Below, piece by piece: positions 1 through 14,282 of a stretch of 64,000 nucleotides of DNA (its first letter is position 1; each line of letters opens with the position of its first letter). The DNA lies in assembly GCA_002269645.1 (NCBI GenBank), contig NIVC01000612.1, positions 124,001 through 188,000 of the forward strand, written 5' to 3'. The notes beneath the pieces were generated by a model. The model was given only the letters and a program-made list of their open reading frames with translations. It was not told the DNA's origin and searched no databases. This DNA is from Macrostomum lignano (taxonomy: Eukaryota). Both the position numbers and the translations under genes were made by a program.

Positions 1-4
1 TAAT

Positions 5-47
<43 letters not shown>

Positions 48-64
48 TTAACTAACTAACTAAT

Positions 65-107
<43 letters not shown>

Positions 108-120
108 TTAACTAACTAAT

Positions 121-159
<39 letters not shown>

Positions 160-160
160 T

Positions 161-191
<31 letters not shown>

Positions 192-372
192 TTAACTAAC
201 TAACTAATTAACTAACTAACTAATTAACTAACTAACTAACTAACTGACTGACAAACTACCTAACTAACTGACAAACTAACTGACAAACTAACTGACTAAC
301 TAACTAACTAACTGACAAACTAACTGACAAACTAACTGACTAACTAACTAACTAATTAACTAGCTAACTAAT

Positions 373-439
<67 letters not shown>

Positions 440-500
440 ATAACTAACTAACTAACTAACTAACTAACCAACTAAATAACTAACTAGCTAATTAACTAAC
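1..500. repeat. (TAAC)n microsatellite filling IGHMBP2 intron 4
   Basis: Near-perfect TAAC array with TAAT/TGAC variants. On the minus strand the splice donor G|GTTAGT at 500 is itself the first unit. Confidence 0.97.
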
Positions 501-3500
501 CAGCAACAATGGCGGCCTCCCCAGTATTAGCTTTGGACATCTCAGAATCGTCAGACTCCAGCTCAGCCAAATCGCAGCCAGCAGTATCAACAAGCAGCAG
601 AGGCGGAAACTCGTCGTCGTTTTCGACGCCATCCGACACGGCGGCGAAGCCGGGCAGATCGGCCAGTCGGTGCCCGGCCACCGACTGGTGAGCAATCAGC
701 TGATTAGAATAAAAAGCTTCCGATGACCAGAGCATAATATCGCGATGCATTCGATACTGTACAGTCAGCAGCTGGGTGGCTTCGGCTGATCTAGGCAGCA
801 GGCGCTCCATCAGGGTGACAGCGAAGCCGGCAGCAACGGCGCGTTCGCTGCGCACAGTCGGCGGCAGCTGGTAGGGGTCGCCGGCCAGGATGCACTTGGG
901 AGCTCGGGGCAACGCCAGCCAGCAGGCTGCTTCCGTGGCCTGCGAGTGGATGGGGGCGATGGGTGCACTTTTAATAAAGAACCAAACAAATGTACTTTAT
1001 TACACTCACCTCACTCCAATTTCCTACCCCTCACTACACCCACCTTACTCCACTTTCCTACCCCTTGATACACTCACCTCACTCCACTTTCCTGCCCCCC
1101 AATACACCCATCTCACTCCAATTTTCTTCACCCCAATACACCCACCTCACTCCACTTTTCCTCTACCAATACACCCACCTCACTCCACTTTTCCTCTACC
1201 AATACACCCACCTCACTCCACTTTTCCTCTACCAATACACCCACCTCACTCCACTTTCCTACCCTCCAATACACCCACCTAACTCCACTTTTCTTCACCC
1301 CAATACACCCACCTCACTCCACTTTTCCTCTACCAATACACCCACCTCACTCCACTTTTCCTCTACCAATACACCCACCTCACTCCACTTTCCTACACTC
1401 CAATACACCCACCTCATTCCACTTTTCTTCACCCCAATACACCCACCTCACTCCACTTTTCCTCTACCAATACACCCACCTCACTCCACTTTCCTACCCC
1501 TTGATACACCCACCTCACTCCACTTTCCTACCCCTTGATACACCCACCTCACTCTACTTTCCTGCCCTCCAATACACCCACCTAACTCCACTTTTCTTCA
1601 CCCCAATACACCCACCTCACTCCACTTTTCCTCTACCAATACACCCACCTCACTCCACTTTTCCTCTACCAATACACCCACCTCACTTCACATTTAACCT
1701 TCGCCCAAATACACCCACCTCACTCTACCTTCCTGCCCCTCAATACAACCACCTTTCTCTCCACCCTCCCGCCCCTCAATACATCCACCACCCTCTCCAC
1801 CCTCCTACCCTTCAATACTAGTACACCCACCTCACTCCAATATTCTACCCCAACACATGCATAAGCCCGATCAAAAACCCGTGCACTCACCTGAGAGCAC
1901 TCGTCAATAACAGTGGCATCAAACTGTATTTCTTTCAACGTAGAATCGTCATTCAAGCCGCCAACAGTGAGAGTGCAGAGCACAGCCTGAGCTCTAGTCA
2001 GAATGGCTTTAACACAATTAGCTTCCCGTTGACGCAGCTCAGACCTGAGATTGCGCAGCTCGGCTCCTATTCGTCGATTCCGACCGCCGCTAAGCAGCTT
2101 GTCAATGTCGGCTCGAACGTCGGCAATAATTCGACGATCCTCGCTGCGAGCGAGTAAAGCGTCGAGCGAATGCTCAACTACCTGAGGCAGCTGTCTGGCC
2201 GGGTGACCGAGACGAACGCAGCGAACTCCGGACGCAATCAAGCGCTCGGCCAGATTGTCCACCTGTTTGGTGGGTTGTTGTTGAAAAAATTCGTCTAATT
2301 TTGTTATTAGAATGCTCTATAAATCTTACTAAAAGTAAGGCTTCAAATGATACTAGATTTGGAGATGGGGATTATTGCCATCTGGAGATGGGGATTGTTG
2401 AAATATGGAGATGATCATTGTCATCTGGAGAGATGGGGTTATTGCCATCTGGAGAGATGGGGATTATTGAAATCTGAAGATGGGGATTATTGAAATCTGG
2501 AGAGATGGGGATTATTGAAATCTGGAGAGATGGAGATTGTTGAAATCTGGAGAGATGGGGATTATTGAAATCTGTAGAGATGGAATTATTGAAATCTGGA
2601 GAGATGGGGATTATTGAAATCTGGAGAAGGGGATTATTGAAATCTGGAGAAGGGGATTATTGAAATCTTGAGAGATGGGGATTATTGAAATCTGGAGAGA
2701 TGGGGATTATTGAAATCTGCAGATGGGGATTATTGAAATCTGGAGAGATGGGGATTATTGAAATCTGCAGATGGGGATTATTGAAATCTGGAGACATGGG
2801 GATTATTGAAATCTGGAGAGATGGGGATTATTGAAATCTGGAGATGGGATTATAGAAATCTGGAGAGATGGGAATTATTGAAATCTGGAGAGATGGGGAT
2901 TATAGAAATCTGGAGAGATGGGAATTATTGAAATCTGGAGAGATGGGGATCATTGAAATCTGCAGATGGGGATTATTGAAATCTGGAGAGATGGGGATTA
3001 TTGAAATCTGCAGATGGGGATTATTGAAATCTGGAGACATGGGGATTATTGAAATCTGGAGAGATGGGGATTATTGAAATCTGGAGATGGGATTATAGAA
3101 ATCTGGAGAGATGGGAATTATTGAAATCTGGAGAGATGGGGATTATAGAAATCTGGAGAGATGGGAATTATTGAAATCTGGAGAGATGGGGATCATTGAA
3201 ATCTGGAGAGATGGGAATTATTGAAATCTGGAGAGATGGGGATCATTGAAATCTGGAGAGATGGGAATTATTTAAATCTGGAGAGATAGAATTATTGAAA
3301 TCTGGAGAGATGGGGATTATTAGAATCTGGAGATCGCGTCACTCACAGCCGTATTAGACGGAGCGCAGCACAGCAATCGTTCGCCCCTAGCAACCAACTG
3401 CCGAACTAATTCCACCACAGTGGTAGTCTTGCCAGTGCCCGGCGGTCCGTGTATCATTACAAGATCGCTTCGACGCAAGCCCAGTTCAACAGCGGCGCGC

Positions 3501-4566
3501 TGGGATTCGTCTAGATGGGGATTGAAGTACGAGACGCCTCGGCTGCTGCCGCTGGCTGCCGTTGACTCGCCAGAAGGTGGCGGCAGATCGCGTGTTGGTG
3601 CCAGCGACCGCTCGCCAAGCAGCAGGTCGGCAAGTGAGGGCGGCTTCTGCAGTAGCGCCAGAAGGCCTCTGGGCAGTTTGCGATGGCAGAGTGAAATTTC
3701 AATTATTTTTAGTCCTTCGTACTGGCTTGAGACACCCACCCCACTCCACTCTCTGCCCCGCTCTTAAGACACCCACCCACTCCGCTCGCTGCCCCGCTGC
3801 TGAGACACCCACCCCACTCCGCTCTCTGCCCCGCTGCTGAGACACCCACCCCACTCCGCTCTCTGCCCCGCGCTTGAGACACCCACCCACTCCGCTCGCT
3901 TCCCCGCTGCTGAGACACCCACCCTACTCCGCTCTCTGCCACGCTTCTGAGACACCCACCCACTCCGCTCTCTGCCACGCTTCTGAGACACCCACCCATT
4001 CCGCTCTCTGCTACGCCTCTGAGACACCCACCCCACTCCGATCTTTGCCCCGCTTCTAAGACATTCATCCTATTTACTCACTTTTTCAATCTCTTAAACG
4101 TAACATCGGATCCCAGCTTGACAACACTGTACTTATAGCCAACCTCAAGTTGACCATCGCCAGATGATGCAGCACTAGAAGCCTGATCCGTTTCCATGGC
4201 AACGCAGACAGCTCTAGCCAGAACCTTAGTAACAATACCAGAACCAATCTGTTGCTGTTCCTGTTGGGAATGGAAAATTCCGACAATATCGCCGGGTGCA
4301 ATAGAATGAGACGGCAAGTCTTTTGCTCTCTGATAAGTCTCAAATTCCAAAACTCGACGGCCGTACATTCCGGTCGCTTGAGAAGCTAAATAAATCTTGT
4401 GCAATGCCAGGCCCTTGTCCTGAAGAGCTCGGGCTGAGGATTTTAATAAATCCTGCTCGGCAGCCATCTCTTTTTGGCGTTCTAGCGATACCAGCTCAAG
4501 CTGACGCTGTACAAACTCTTCCAACTGTTCCATCGTTTTTATTTGTTCTGAATGGAAAATTTTCAT
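501..4566 (-). CDS. IGHMBP2: IGHMBP2/SMUBP-2-like SF1 (UPF1-like) helicase, 5' part; exons 4566-4082, 3668-3347, 2262-1891, 939-501; continues beyond the window start
   Basis: N-terminal 'LELVSLERQKE..GLALHKI..TGMYGRRVLEFE', Walker A 'IHGPPGTGKTTTVVELV', 'CCAPSNTAVDNLAERL', 'VRLGHPAR', Walker B 'VIDECSQ', 'ILAGDPYQLPPTV', 'LTVQYRMH', 'LLLVDTAGC'. GT-AG junctions keep frame (KRLKK|GLLALL, SNTA|VDNL, CSQ|ATEAACW). Confidence 0.93.
1000..1850. repeat. ~33-bp C/T-rich minisatellite (CACCCACCTCACTCCACTTTTCCTCTACCAATA)n, IGHMBP2 intron 3
   Basis: Tandem units read directly; explains ORFs 890-1821. Confidence 0.93.
2360..3330. repeat. ~23-25-bp minisatellite (GAGAGATGGGGATTATTGAAATCTG)n, IGHMBP2 intron 2
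   Basis: Tandem units read directly. Confidence 0.95.
3725..4060. repeat. ~36-37-bp minisatellite (GAGACACCCACCCCACTCCGCTCTCTGCCCCGCTGCT)n, IGHMBP2 intron 1
   Basis: About 9 tandem units read directly. Confidence 0.93.
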
Positions 4567-4729
4567 TTTAAAATTGTAATTAATTGGTGATTTTAGAGTT
4601 AGTATAGATCACTATCTACATTAGGGCAGGAACGACTCTGTAAATGACATGCAAGATATGCTGGACGAGTCGAGACGTCATGACACGATGCAAAGTTGTC
4701 TAAAATTCTCCAGAGAGGGGAGCCTAGGC

Positions 4730-5856
4730 ATTCTCTAAGATGCCGCAAGTGACTCTGGGATGCCGCAAGTGACTCTGGGATGCCGCTAGTGACTCTCTTG
4801 GATGCCGCAAGTGACCCTGGGATACCGCAAGTGACTCTGGGATGCCGCTAGTGACTCTCTTGGATGCCGCAAGTGACTCTCTAGGATGCCGCAAGTGATT
4901 CTCGGATGCCGCAAGTGACTCTCTAGGATGTCGCAAGTGACTCTCTAGGATGCCGCAAGTGATTCTCTAGGATGCCGCAAGTGACTCTGGGATGCCGCTA
5001 GTGACTCTCTTGGATGCCGCAAGTGACTCTCTAGGATGCCGCAAGTGATTCTCGGATGCCGCAAGTGACTCTCTAGGATGTCGCAAGTGACTCTCTAGGA
5101 TGCCGCAAGTGACTCTCTAGGATGCCGCAAGTGACTCTAGGATGCCGCAAGTGATTCTCTAGGATGCCGCAAGTGATTCTCTAGGATGCCGCAAGTGATT
5201 CTCTAGGATGCCGCAAGTGATTCTCTAGGATGCCGCAAGTGATTCTCTAGGATGCCGCAAGTGACTCTCTAGGATGCCGCAAGGGATTCTCTAGGATGCC
5301 GCTAGTGACTCTCTAGGATGCCGCAAGTGACTCTCTAGGATGCCGCAAGTGACTCTCTGGGACGCCGCAAGTGACTCTCTGGGACGCCGCAAGTGACTCT
5401 CTAAGATGCCGCAAGTGACTCTCTGGGATGCCGCAAGTGACTCTCTAAGATGCCGCAAGTGACTCTAGGATGCCGCAAGTGACTCAAGGATGCCGCAAGT
5501 GACTCTCTGGGACGCCGCAAGTGACTCTCTAAGATGCCGCAAGTGACTCTCTGGGATGCCGCAAGTGACTCTCTAGGATGCCGCAAGTGATTCTCTAGGA
5601 TGCAGCAAGTGACTCTCTAGGATGCCGCAAGTGATTCTCTAGGATGCCGCAAGTGACTCTCTAAGATGCCGCAAGTGACTCTCTAAGATGCCGCAAGTGA
5701 CTCTCTAGGATGCCGCAAGTGACTCTCTAGGATGCCGCAAGTGACTCAAGGATGCCGCAAGTGACTCAAGGATGCCGCAAGTGACTCAAGGATGCCGCAA
5801 GTGACTCAAGGATGCCGCAAGTGACTCAAGGATGCCGCAAGTGACTCAAGGATGCC
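4730..5856. repeat. 20-22-bp minisatellite (GGATGCCGCAAGTGACTCTCTA)n in the USP5-IGHMBP2 spacer
   Basis: Tandem units read directly. Confidence 0.96.
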
Positions 5857-6059
5857 AAAAAACTCTTAAAAGCTTATAATATCGACACAACGCCAATTGG
5901 AAACTAGCATATGGTTGTTAGTACTTTTAGAAAGTTAGAGAATTATATCAGAATTATGAGTTGTATCACAGAATCGATTAAATGGTTAACAAATCTCACT
6001 AAGAGTCACTAGACAGTTATTTACTAACTACGATTGCTGAACGTAGCTAAATTATTATG

Positions 6060-6220
6060 GCAACGCCTTGTATCAGGGGAGACTGAAGACACGGGAATTT
6101 TCTCTCATCGTCGTATGCTGAGTCTGATACCTGAGTCTGACCTGGAATCGAACCTAGAACCTTCGGCAGTCGGCACAGAAGATATGTCGCCAAGGCACAA
6201 GACAAGCCAATAACTACTAT
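6060..6220 (-). mobile_element. Possible degenerate tRNA-derived SINE head
   Basis: Minus-strand B-box-like GGTTCGATTCCAG at 6154-6142 with an A-box-like TAGTTATTGG upstream. Confidence 0.4.
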
Positions 6221-6825
6221 TCTACTAAAAACACTCTAGACAAATTAAAAAAATTAAGACAAAAGTTTCATCTGTAGCAATATCTTGTTTCTTTTAGCAA
6301 CAGAGCCAAGTTTTATTTGCTATTTTTCGAAAAAAATGTTCTCGTCATTATAACAAAACAATACAGTTTTAAGATACAGAACGAAGTTATAGCTGAATTA
6401 AGTATAGGAAAGTATCGATAATAAGAATATTACCAGTAGGTTAATATTAAATAACAGTTTAATTTGGGATTTTTTTCCTTTTAAAATTTTGACCAAAAAG
6501 TTTATGGCGTCATTTCTAACCGGACAAGTTGAGAAATGCAGACCGAACACTGGGATAAATAATTCCGAAAGCGTTACAACATTTACTTCCTATACTTATT
6601 TGAATGTTCGTCTAGTTACCGTGTAATATAGGCTACCTTTCATTTCAAGTTGTAAACAAAACAAAATACCGACTCTAATTTAGTCAGTGGATGCGAATAG
6701 CAAAATTAAACTTAATGCAAATATTAAAAAACCAATAGATCTTAATAGGTCTTAACAATCCTAGATTTTTTTGTCATTTAAGCGTGTTATTAACGGACAG
6801 GAGAAACTTCAGTCACGATTGGCAA

Positions 6826-7505
6826 ATCTGGGGAGGCTGCTACAGCAACTGGGGATCTGGGAGGCTGGCCCAGCAACTGACACTCTGGGAGGCTGGCCCA
6901 GCAACTGAGGATCTGGGAGGCTGGCCCAGCAACTGACACTCTGGGAGGCTGGCCCAGCAACTGAGGATCTGGGAGGCTGGCCCAGCAACTGACACTCTGG
7001 GAGGCTAGCCCAGCAACTGAGAATCTGGGAGGCTAGCCCAGCAACTGAGAATCTGGGAGGCTGGCCCAGCAACTGAGGATCTGGGAGGCTAGCCCAGCAA
7101 CTGAGGATCTGGGAGGCTGGCCCAGCAACTGAGGATCTGGGAGGCTGGCCCAGCAACTGAGGATCTGGGAGGCTGGCCCAGCAACTGACACTCTGGGAGG
7201 TTGGCCCAGCAACTGACACTCTAGGAGGCTGGCCCAGCAACTGACACTCTGGGAGGCTGGCCCAGCAACTGAGGATCTGGGAGGCTGGCCCAGCAACTGA
7301 GAATCTGGGAGGCTGGCCCAGCAACTGAGAATCTGGGAGGCTGGCCCAGCAACTGACACTCTAGGAGGCTGGCCCAGCAACTGACACTCTGGGAGGCTGG
7401 CCCAGCAACTGAGGATCTGGGAGGCTGGCCCAGCAACTGAGAATCTGGGAGGTTGGCCCAGCAACTGAGAATCTGGGAGGTTGGCCCAGCAACTGAGAAT
7501 CTGGG
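6826..7505. repeat. 28-bp minisatellite (GGGAGGCTGGCCCAGCAACTGAGGATCT)n just 3' of USP5
   Basis: Tandem units read directly; explains ORFs 6809-7564. Confidence 0.96.
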
Positions 7506-7623
7506 AGCATGTTGTGTATACATCTACACAAAAGAATTTCCACAATGTCCCGGACATTTAGCACTCCGTCTCCAATCTTCCAGGGTTAAATAACAGTAAC
7601 GAATGCAGGTAATAAGATCCGAA

Positions 7624-10600
7624 TCAAGCCGAAGCCACCCGTTCATAGCAGTACAAATAGCCCATATGCTTCGGCGGCTCCTCAGACACACAAACTTTGT
7701 CGTCGTTAAATATGTACCAGACATTGTTGCGCCGCAGATGGCACACGTAGTGGCCGCTATGAGTGGACGCGCCCATATGGCTGATGAAGCCAAGTAGCCG
7801 ATAGCTCGGCGGGCCATCAGTCAGAGCCCCAGTGTCAGCGGCGGCAGCGGCAGCTGGCGGCGCCTCATCAGCTGGCGCATTCAATTCGTCCATATGGGAG
7901 AAAATCCAATCGACAGCCCGTTCGGGATTGTTGTCCGTCTGGCTCAGCGCTCTGCTGGCCTGCTCCTGGGTGAAGCCCATGGATACTATTGTTGCTAGGG
8001 CTTCCGGGTTCGGTTCGAAGCCGGCTGTCTTCTGCTTCTGCTGCTGTTGTTGCAGTTGCTGGGGCGGCAGATCGAAGTCCGCGTCCTGACTGTGGTCCAT
8101 GGCCCAGTTGAGGGCGGCTTCCAATCCGCCGCCTTTGGTTGCCAGGACAGCCCTGGTGGCGCCGTTCTCGCTGAAGCCCAGCTCGCGCACCTGGGCTACA
8201 AGGGACGGGTCCACCTGGAGGGTGTGAGGGGTAACGGGGTGCCGAAGGGATAAGTATAATATATAAATATAAATATTATATTTAGATAAATATAAAATAC
8301 ACGCTTGTATACAAGCCAATAAATCCAAAATCTGCACAGGTCTCAAATTCAGAGAGCTCTATTATCTAGATCCTAAAATCTTATAACATTCTAAATGCTT
8401 TAAACATTCCACAATCTAAATCTAAATCCCAAATAAAATCCCAATCTGGATCCCAAATAAAATCCCAATCTGGATCCCAAATAAAATCCCAATCTAGATC
8501 CCAAATAAAATCACTATCTGGATCACAAATAAATGCTAAACTGGATCCCAAAAAAAATCCCAATCTAGATCCCAAATAAAATCCTAATCTGGATCCCAGA
8601 TAAAATCCCAATTTGGATCCCAAATAAAATCTCAATCTGGATCTCAAATAAAATCCCAATCTGGATCCCAAATAAAATCCTAATCTGGATCCTATATAAA
8701 ATCTCAAACTGGATCTCAAATAAAATCCCAGATAAAATCCAATCTGGATCCCAGATAAAATCCCAATTTGGATCCCAAATAAAATCCCAATCTGGATCCT
8801 AAATAAAATCCCAATCTAGATCCTAAATAAAATCCCAATCTGGATCCCAAATAAAATCCCAATCCGGATCCCAAATAAAATCCCAATCTGGATCCTAAAT
8901 AAAATCCCAATCTAGATCCTAAATAAAATCCTAATATAGATCCTAAATAAAATCCCAATCTGGATCCCAGATAAAATCCCAATTTGGATCTCAAATAAAA
9001 TCCCAATCTGGATTCCAAATAAAATCCCAATCCGGATCCCAAATAAAATCCCAATCTGGATCCTAAATAAAATCCCAATCTAGATCCTAAATAAAATCCT
9101 AATCTGGATCCTAAATAAAATCCCAATCTAGATCCTAAATAAAATCCCAATCTGGATCCTAAATAAAATCCCAATCTAGATCCTAAATAAAATCCCAATC
9201 TAGATCCTAAATAAAATCCTAATATAGATCCTAAATAAAATCCTAATATAGATCCTAAATAAAATCCTATTATAGATCCTAAATAAAATCCCAATCTAGA
9301 TCCTAAATAAAATACTAATATAGATCCTAAATAAAATCCTAATATAGATCCCAAATAAAATCCCAATCTAGATTCTAAATAAAATCCCAATCTGGATCCC
9401 AAATAAAATCCCAATCTAGATTCTAAATAAAATCCCAATCTGGATCCTAAATAAAATCCCAATCTAGATCCCAAATGAAATCCCAATCTGGATCCTAAAT
9501 AAAATCCCAATCTGGATCCCAAATAAAATCCCAATCTGGATCCCAAATGAAATCCCAATCTGGATCCCAAATAAAATCTCAATCTAGATCCCAAATGAAA
9601 TCCCAATCTGGATCACAAATAAAATCCCAATCTGGATCACAAATAAAATCCCAATCTGGATCCCAAATAAAATCCCAATCTGGATCCCAAATAAAATCCC
9701 AATCTGGATCCCAAATAAAATCCCAATCTGGATCCCAAATGAAATCCCAATCTGGATCCCAAATAAAATCCCAATCTAGATCCCAAATGAAATCCCAATC
9801 TGGATCACAAATAAAATCCCAATCTGGATCACAAATAAAATCCCAATCTGGATCCCAAATAAAATCCCAATCTGGATTCTAAATCAAATCCCTAAAATCC
9901 CACAATCAAGATCCCTCAAATCCCTAAAATCTTACAATCCAGATCTTCAAAAATATGTGAAGTTTCTCAATTCTTAATCTAAATTCCCAAAATCCCTAAG
10001 CCGAAAATCCTCTCACCTGCTCAGCAGCAGATTTAGGCTGATCCGCAGGAAATTTGAGCTCGACTTCGCCCGGCTGCAAACCGCCGCAACCGCGCAAAAA
10101 TCCGATATCGATAAACTCCGGCACGTCTAATTCTACGTCCAATTTCTTCGGGCACCAATTATTATCGATGGTGAACTTCCTGGCGTGCAACAGCAGATAG
10201 TCGGTAAAGCTGGCCAAGCGACTCTGCTTACTAGCCGGTCCTTTAGCTTTAGTGGCTGGACTATAGAAATCTTCGATGCATTCAACAGCACCGAAGGCTT
10301 CTAGGCAGGCTTTGAGAGACACCCGAGGCGGCGGGGCGCCCGAATCTCCAGTGCCAGCTCCATCCAAGGGAATGGGGAATGACAGGGACAATTCCCGGCG
10401 ACTCTTGTAGGCCACCTGACCCGACTGGCCGCACTGAAGCCGGTCTTCGACATCGAAAGCGAACACTCGGCCGGGGTTGTCGGCCTGAGCCAGGCTGCTG
10501 CTTCGCTCCACCAGGGTGAGCAGGTGGAGAAAGAACTCGAAGGAGTCCTGCTGCCGGCTGGTTGAGAACTCCGGGTGGCCGCGACCCACCTGTCGAGGTT

Positions 10601-13129
10601 TGCGTGGGTCAGCTAGTGGGTCATTGATATGCGTCAGCTGGGTCAGCTAGTGGGTCATTGATATGCGTCAGCTGGGTCAGCTAGTGGGTCATTGATATGC
10701 GTCAGCTGGGTCAGCTAGTGGGTCATTGATATGCGTTAGGCTGGGTCAGCTAGTGGGTCATTGATATGCGTTAGGCTGGGTCAGCTAGTGGGTCATTGAT
10801 ATGCGTCAGCTGGGTCAGCTAGTGGGTCATTGATATGTCAGCTGGGTCAGCTAGTGAGTCATTGATGTCACAGCTGTGTCAACACCAAAACGAGTCAACT
10901 ATCCCTGACTCACCAGAGTCCTCAGCATCTGCGGCCGGATACCATAAGCTGGAGCCAGATCTCCCGGTTTCGGAGGCTGCTCAGGCTGCTGACCCTTAGC
11001 GGGTGCCGAGTACTTTCCAGACAGAAGTCCATCAGCCAGCTTAGCCAACTGAATATCCAGACTCGATACGGGATCGGACCTTTCCCTCTCCAATATGCCC
11101 GATCTACCATCGTAGTACCTTCGCACAAATGATGGCACAGCGAATAGCAGCTGCAGCACCGAGTTGATGTAGCAGGAGTTACCCAGATTGCGCAGACCGG
11201 TGAGACCCGGCCCACCAGCAGGCACCAGGGCTTTGCCAGTCTCCTGAATCGAATCCCACTCGCGCATGTTGGCTTCAATCTCCAACTCATTCATAGTTTT
11301 ATCAACTTTTCTCATAGCATTTAAATCGATACCAAAATGCTTGAGATGCTGCTCAAGCTTACTATCCAGCACCATATTATCCTCGGCATAAGAGTACACA
11401 TCGGCGCCTTGAGCACAGATGGTGCCCAGTTTAACAGCCAGAGGATAGCCAGTATTCTCATAGTGCTCAACAGCGTGGTTGTTGCCGCCGGAGCCGTCAA
11501 AGTAGCGCCGGCCGCACAGGATGGTGCCATCAGTCAGGTTTAGCCAGAGATTGTCGCGCTTATCACACTTGGCGCACTGCCAACCGCTGGGTGGGATTTT
11601 AATCCCATTGTCCAGCTGGACTAGGCTGGAAGCGTGCTTGGACTCTTGGCGAGTCTCGCCCTCCCACGTGTTGCTGGCCTGGAAGGGTAAAGTACATATT
11701 AACAACTTACTTTGTAGCTCAATATGCAACCTTGTACTTCTGGTCTGCTGAATATCCTGCTGAATTCTAAATTCAAAACTCAAAACTCGAAACAGCGGTC
11801 GAACTTTACATATTGCCGCAATACAAAGTGGGCTATCTAGGGAATATTAAGATCTATGGTTGTAGCCTAGTGGTTAGAGCATCAGACTCACGACTAAAAG
11901 GTCGGGGGTTCGATTCTCAATCAATCCACTCGGAAAAATTTGTGACTTTATTGAAGCCAGACACTTAACTCTCTGCATTGCTTCAGTTCACCCAGCTGTA
12001 AAATGGGTGCCAGCATTAGCTGGGGTAATTGAGGGTGAGGCGGCGTTTGACTTTAACTTATTTGAATGACTCGATGAACTTATGTGGATTTGAGCTGACT
12101 GACTTATTTTGCATCGCAACTTGTTTATTATATTTTCTGTTCTTACTTATTTTATTCCTCTACAAGTACATACTCATTTTCTCTAGTACACTCTGTCTAC
12201 CTGTGTGCGCCTTGCCCACCACCCCAAATATTGTCACCTTCCACCACTCTCTCCTGATCGCTATATAATATACAACTATCGCTCTTTGAAATAAAGAATT
12301 TATCTCGCCTCGTTCTAAAACTCACAGAATGAACTTTTCTTAGTCATTTGCGACACAACAGAGGGTGTGTTTAGCGACCCACGACTTCTGGGATTGAACA
12401 GCCAGCAAGCGCCAGCAAAAAAATGCCCACTTAAAAATTACAATTACAGACGTCCAACTAATTAGATGACGAGGTAATTAGCCCTAATAATTACAGTTGA
12501 AGTTACTCCTGCCGTTTACCTAAAACTACGGTAATTTTTGCTGTTTCCTTTATAAGATACGCCGCATTTTTGGTGTAATCAGTTATTATTATTGTGTTTA
12601 TAAAAGTACAGTATGCTCTTTCCACTCTTTCCAGATAAACTATTCTCACCTGAGCCAAAAGCTCCAAAGTGTGAGCCGATTGAGCAGCCAAAACTCCATC
12701 AATGCTTAATCTAATCCGTTCCGGCAAACAGTCATTTGGCAACGGCATAGCAACAGCTTCCGGCATCAGGTACAAAGAGTTGGATTCTTCAAACGAATAC
12801 TGAGACTCATTGCCAGCAAAGCCATCGGCTGTGCCAATAGCCAATCTAGTTGGTTTCTTAGCTGGCGGATCTTCAACAACATTCGCTGGCACCTCTTTCC
12901 ATCGACGAATGCGGCGATGCTGCAGGTACAGTCTATGGCCGAACCTGGAGTAATACAACGGCAAGAAGTCTAGACCGACGCCGTGAAACGATTTCAAACA
13001 GATGAATAAGCCGTTAGGGCTCTCGGGATTGTCGCACGAATAGAGGCATTCGTCTTTGTAGACCCGACTGTGCTCAGTTGGAATTGAGCAGTGGCTATCC
13101 GCTAGGCTTGCTAGGAGTTGAGCGTCCAT
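7624..13129 (-). CDS. USP5: Ubiquitin carboxyl-terminal hydrolase 5/13 (isopeptidase T), complete, ~802 aa; exons 13129-12650, 11678-10914, 10589-10017, 8214-7624
   Basis: Cryptic N-terminal ZnF 'VYKDECLYSCD..GLFICLKSFHGVG'; ZnF-UBP '[39 protein letters not shown]'; Cys box 'GLRNLGNSCYINSVLQ'; 'QQDSFEFFLHLL'; two UBA domains; His box 'SHMGASTHSGHYVCH'. All three introns are phase 0 GT-AG. Confidence 0.95.
8410..9880. repeat. 24-bp minisatellite (GGATCCCAAATAAAATCCCAATCT)n, USP5 intron 3
   Basis: About 60 tandem units; source of the GFYLGSRL-repeat ORFs. Confidence 0.97.
10607..10866. repeat. 34-bp minisatellite (CTGGGTCAGCTAGTGGGTCATTGATATGCGTCAG)n, USP5 intron 2
   Basis: About 7 tandem units. 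Confidence 0.95.
11857..12030 (+). mobile_element. tRNA-derived SINE with a CORE-like central domain, in USP5 intron 1
   Basis: A box TAGCCTAGTGG, B box GGTTCGATTCT, then 'GTGACTTT..GACACTTAACTCTCTG..CTTCAGTTCACCCAGCTGTAAAATGGG', resembling the CORE-SINE motif. Confidence 0.7.
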
Positions 13130-13289
13130 GGCTTAGGTTGAAGTTTTTAGTAAGCTCAGTTGCTTTGCGTTGGCTTAATATAGTAGTAAAATAAGCATGA
13201 AGATAAAGTGATTAAGTTTAAGTTGGTTTTAATTAAGGACATTTCCAATGATGAATAAACATTTTCGAATAGGAACTGGAAAATGCTTT

Positions 13290-13660
13290 TTACAGATGGA
13301 AACGGACATTTCCACAATGGAAACGGACATTTCCACGATGGAAACGGACATTTTCACAATGGAAACGGACATTTTCACAATGGAAAGCGGACATTTCCAC
13401 AATGAAAACGGACATTTTCACAATGGAAACGGACATTTCCACAATGGAAGCGAACATTTCCGCAATTGAAACAGACATTTCCACAATGGAAGCGAACATT
13501 TCCATAATGGAAGCGAACATTTCCGCAATTGAAACAGACATTTCCACAATGGAAACGAGCATTTCCACAATGGAAGCGAACATTTCCGCAATTGAAACAG
13601 ACATTTCCACAATGGAAAGCGGACATTTCCACAATGGAAACAGACATTTCCGCAGTCGAA
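13290..13660. repeat. 21-bp minisatellite (ACATTTCCACAATGGAAACGG)n upstream of USP5
   Basis: Tandem units; explains the METDIST-repeat ORFs. Confidence 0.95.
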
Positions 13661-14282
13661 ATTTTCAAAACTAAAACGACATTTTGAATTTCGGAAACCA
13701 GTTTTACTAACAACTGATTATGACAATTATTTATCCTAATTATTTAACTACATCAAAGCCTAATTACTCAGGATAAAAAGTTAAAATAGACGTTTAACAA
13801 AACAAAGCTTTGCTAGAACAGAAAGTGAAAAGCTATTTATTAAGCTCTTTAAATTCACTTTATTGCACTATTTACTTAAGCCTTATAAAGTTTAAAACAG
13901 TATAACAGTTCTGAACTTAGATGTAAGAAGATAAGTAAAAAAGTGCTTTAGAAAAGCTTGATAAAATAATATTATGAGTATAAAAAGAGATACAGAAAGG
14001 ATTACTTTTTCAAAATGAAAGTGATAAAATTTATCAAAAAAGTTTGGGCAATGTCTGCAGTGTAATATTGGAAATCAGTGCTACTTAGGCAAGAAGACTG
14101 CTAGATTAGTAAACGCTTAATATAACAGATAATAAAAATATAAAAGATATAAAGATTGTTTTTGAAATATTAATGTTATAAATAAAATCGCTCATAAAAA
14201 GTTATAATATTAGAAACTATATATAAGACTGACAAAAATTTACGATTTGCGCAATTTGGGTGGAGTCACGTGTCTTCTGAAC

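Noticed and set aside
4730-7505. CRISPR-like appearance of the 22- and 28-bp arrays
   Set aside because: Units are directly adjacent with no unique spacers, there are no cas genes, and the context is eukaryotic.
8381-9882. GFYLGSRL / SQIKSQSG repeat ORFs
   Set aside because: Translations of a 24-bp minisatellite lying inside USP5 intron 3.
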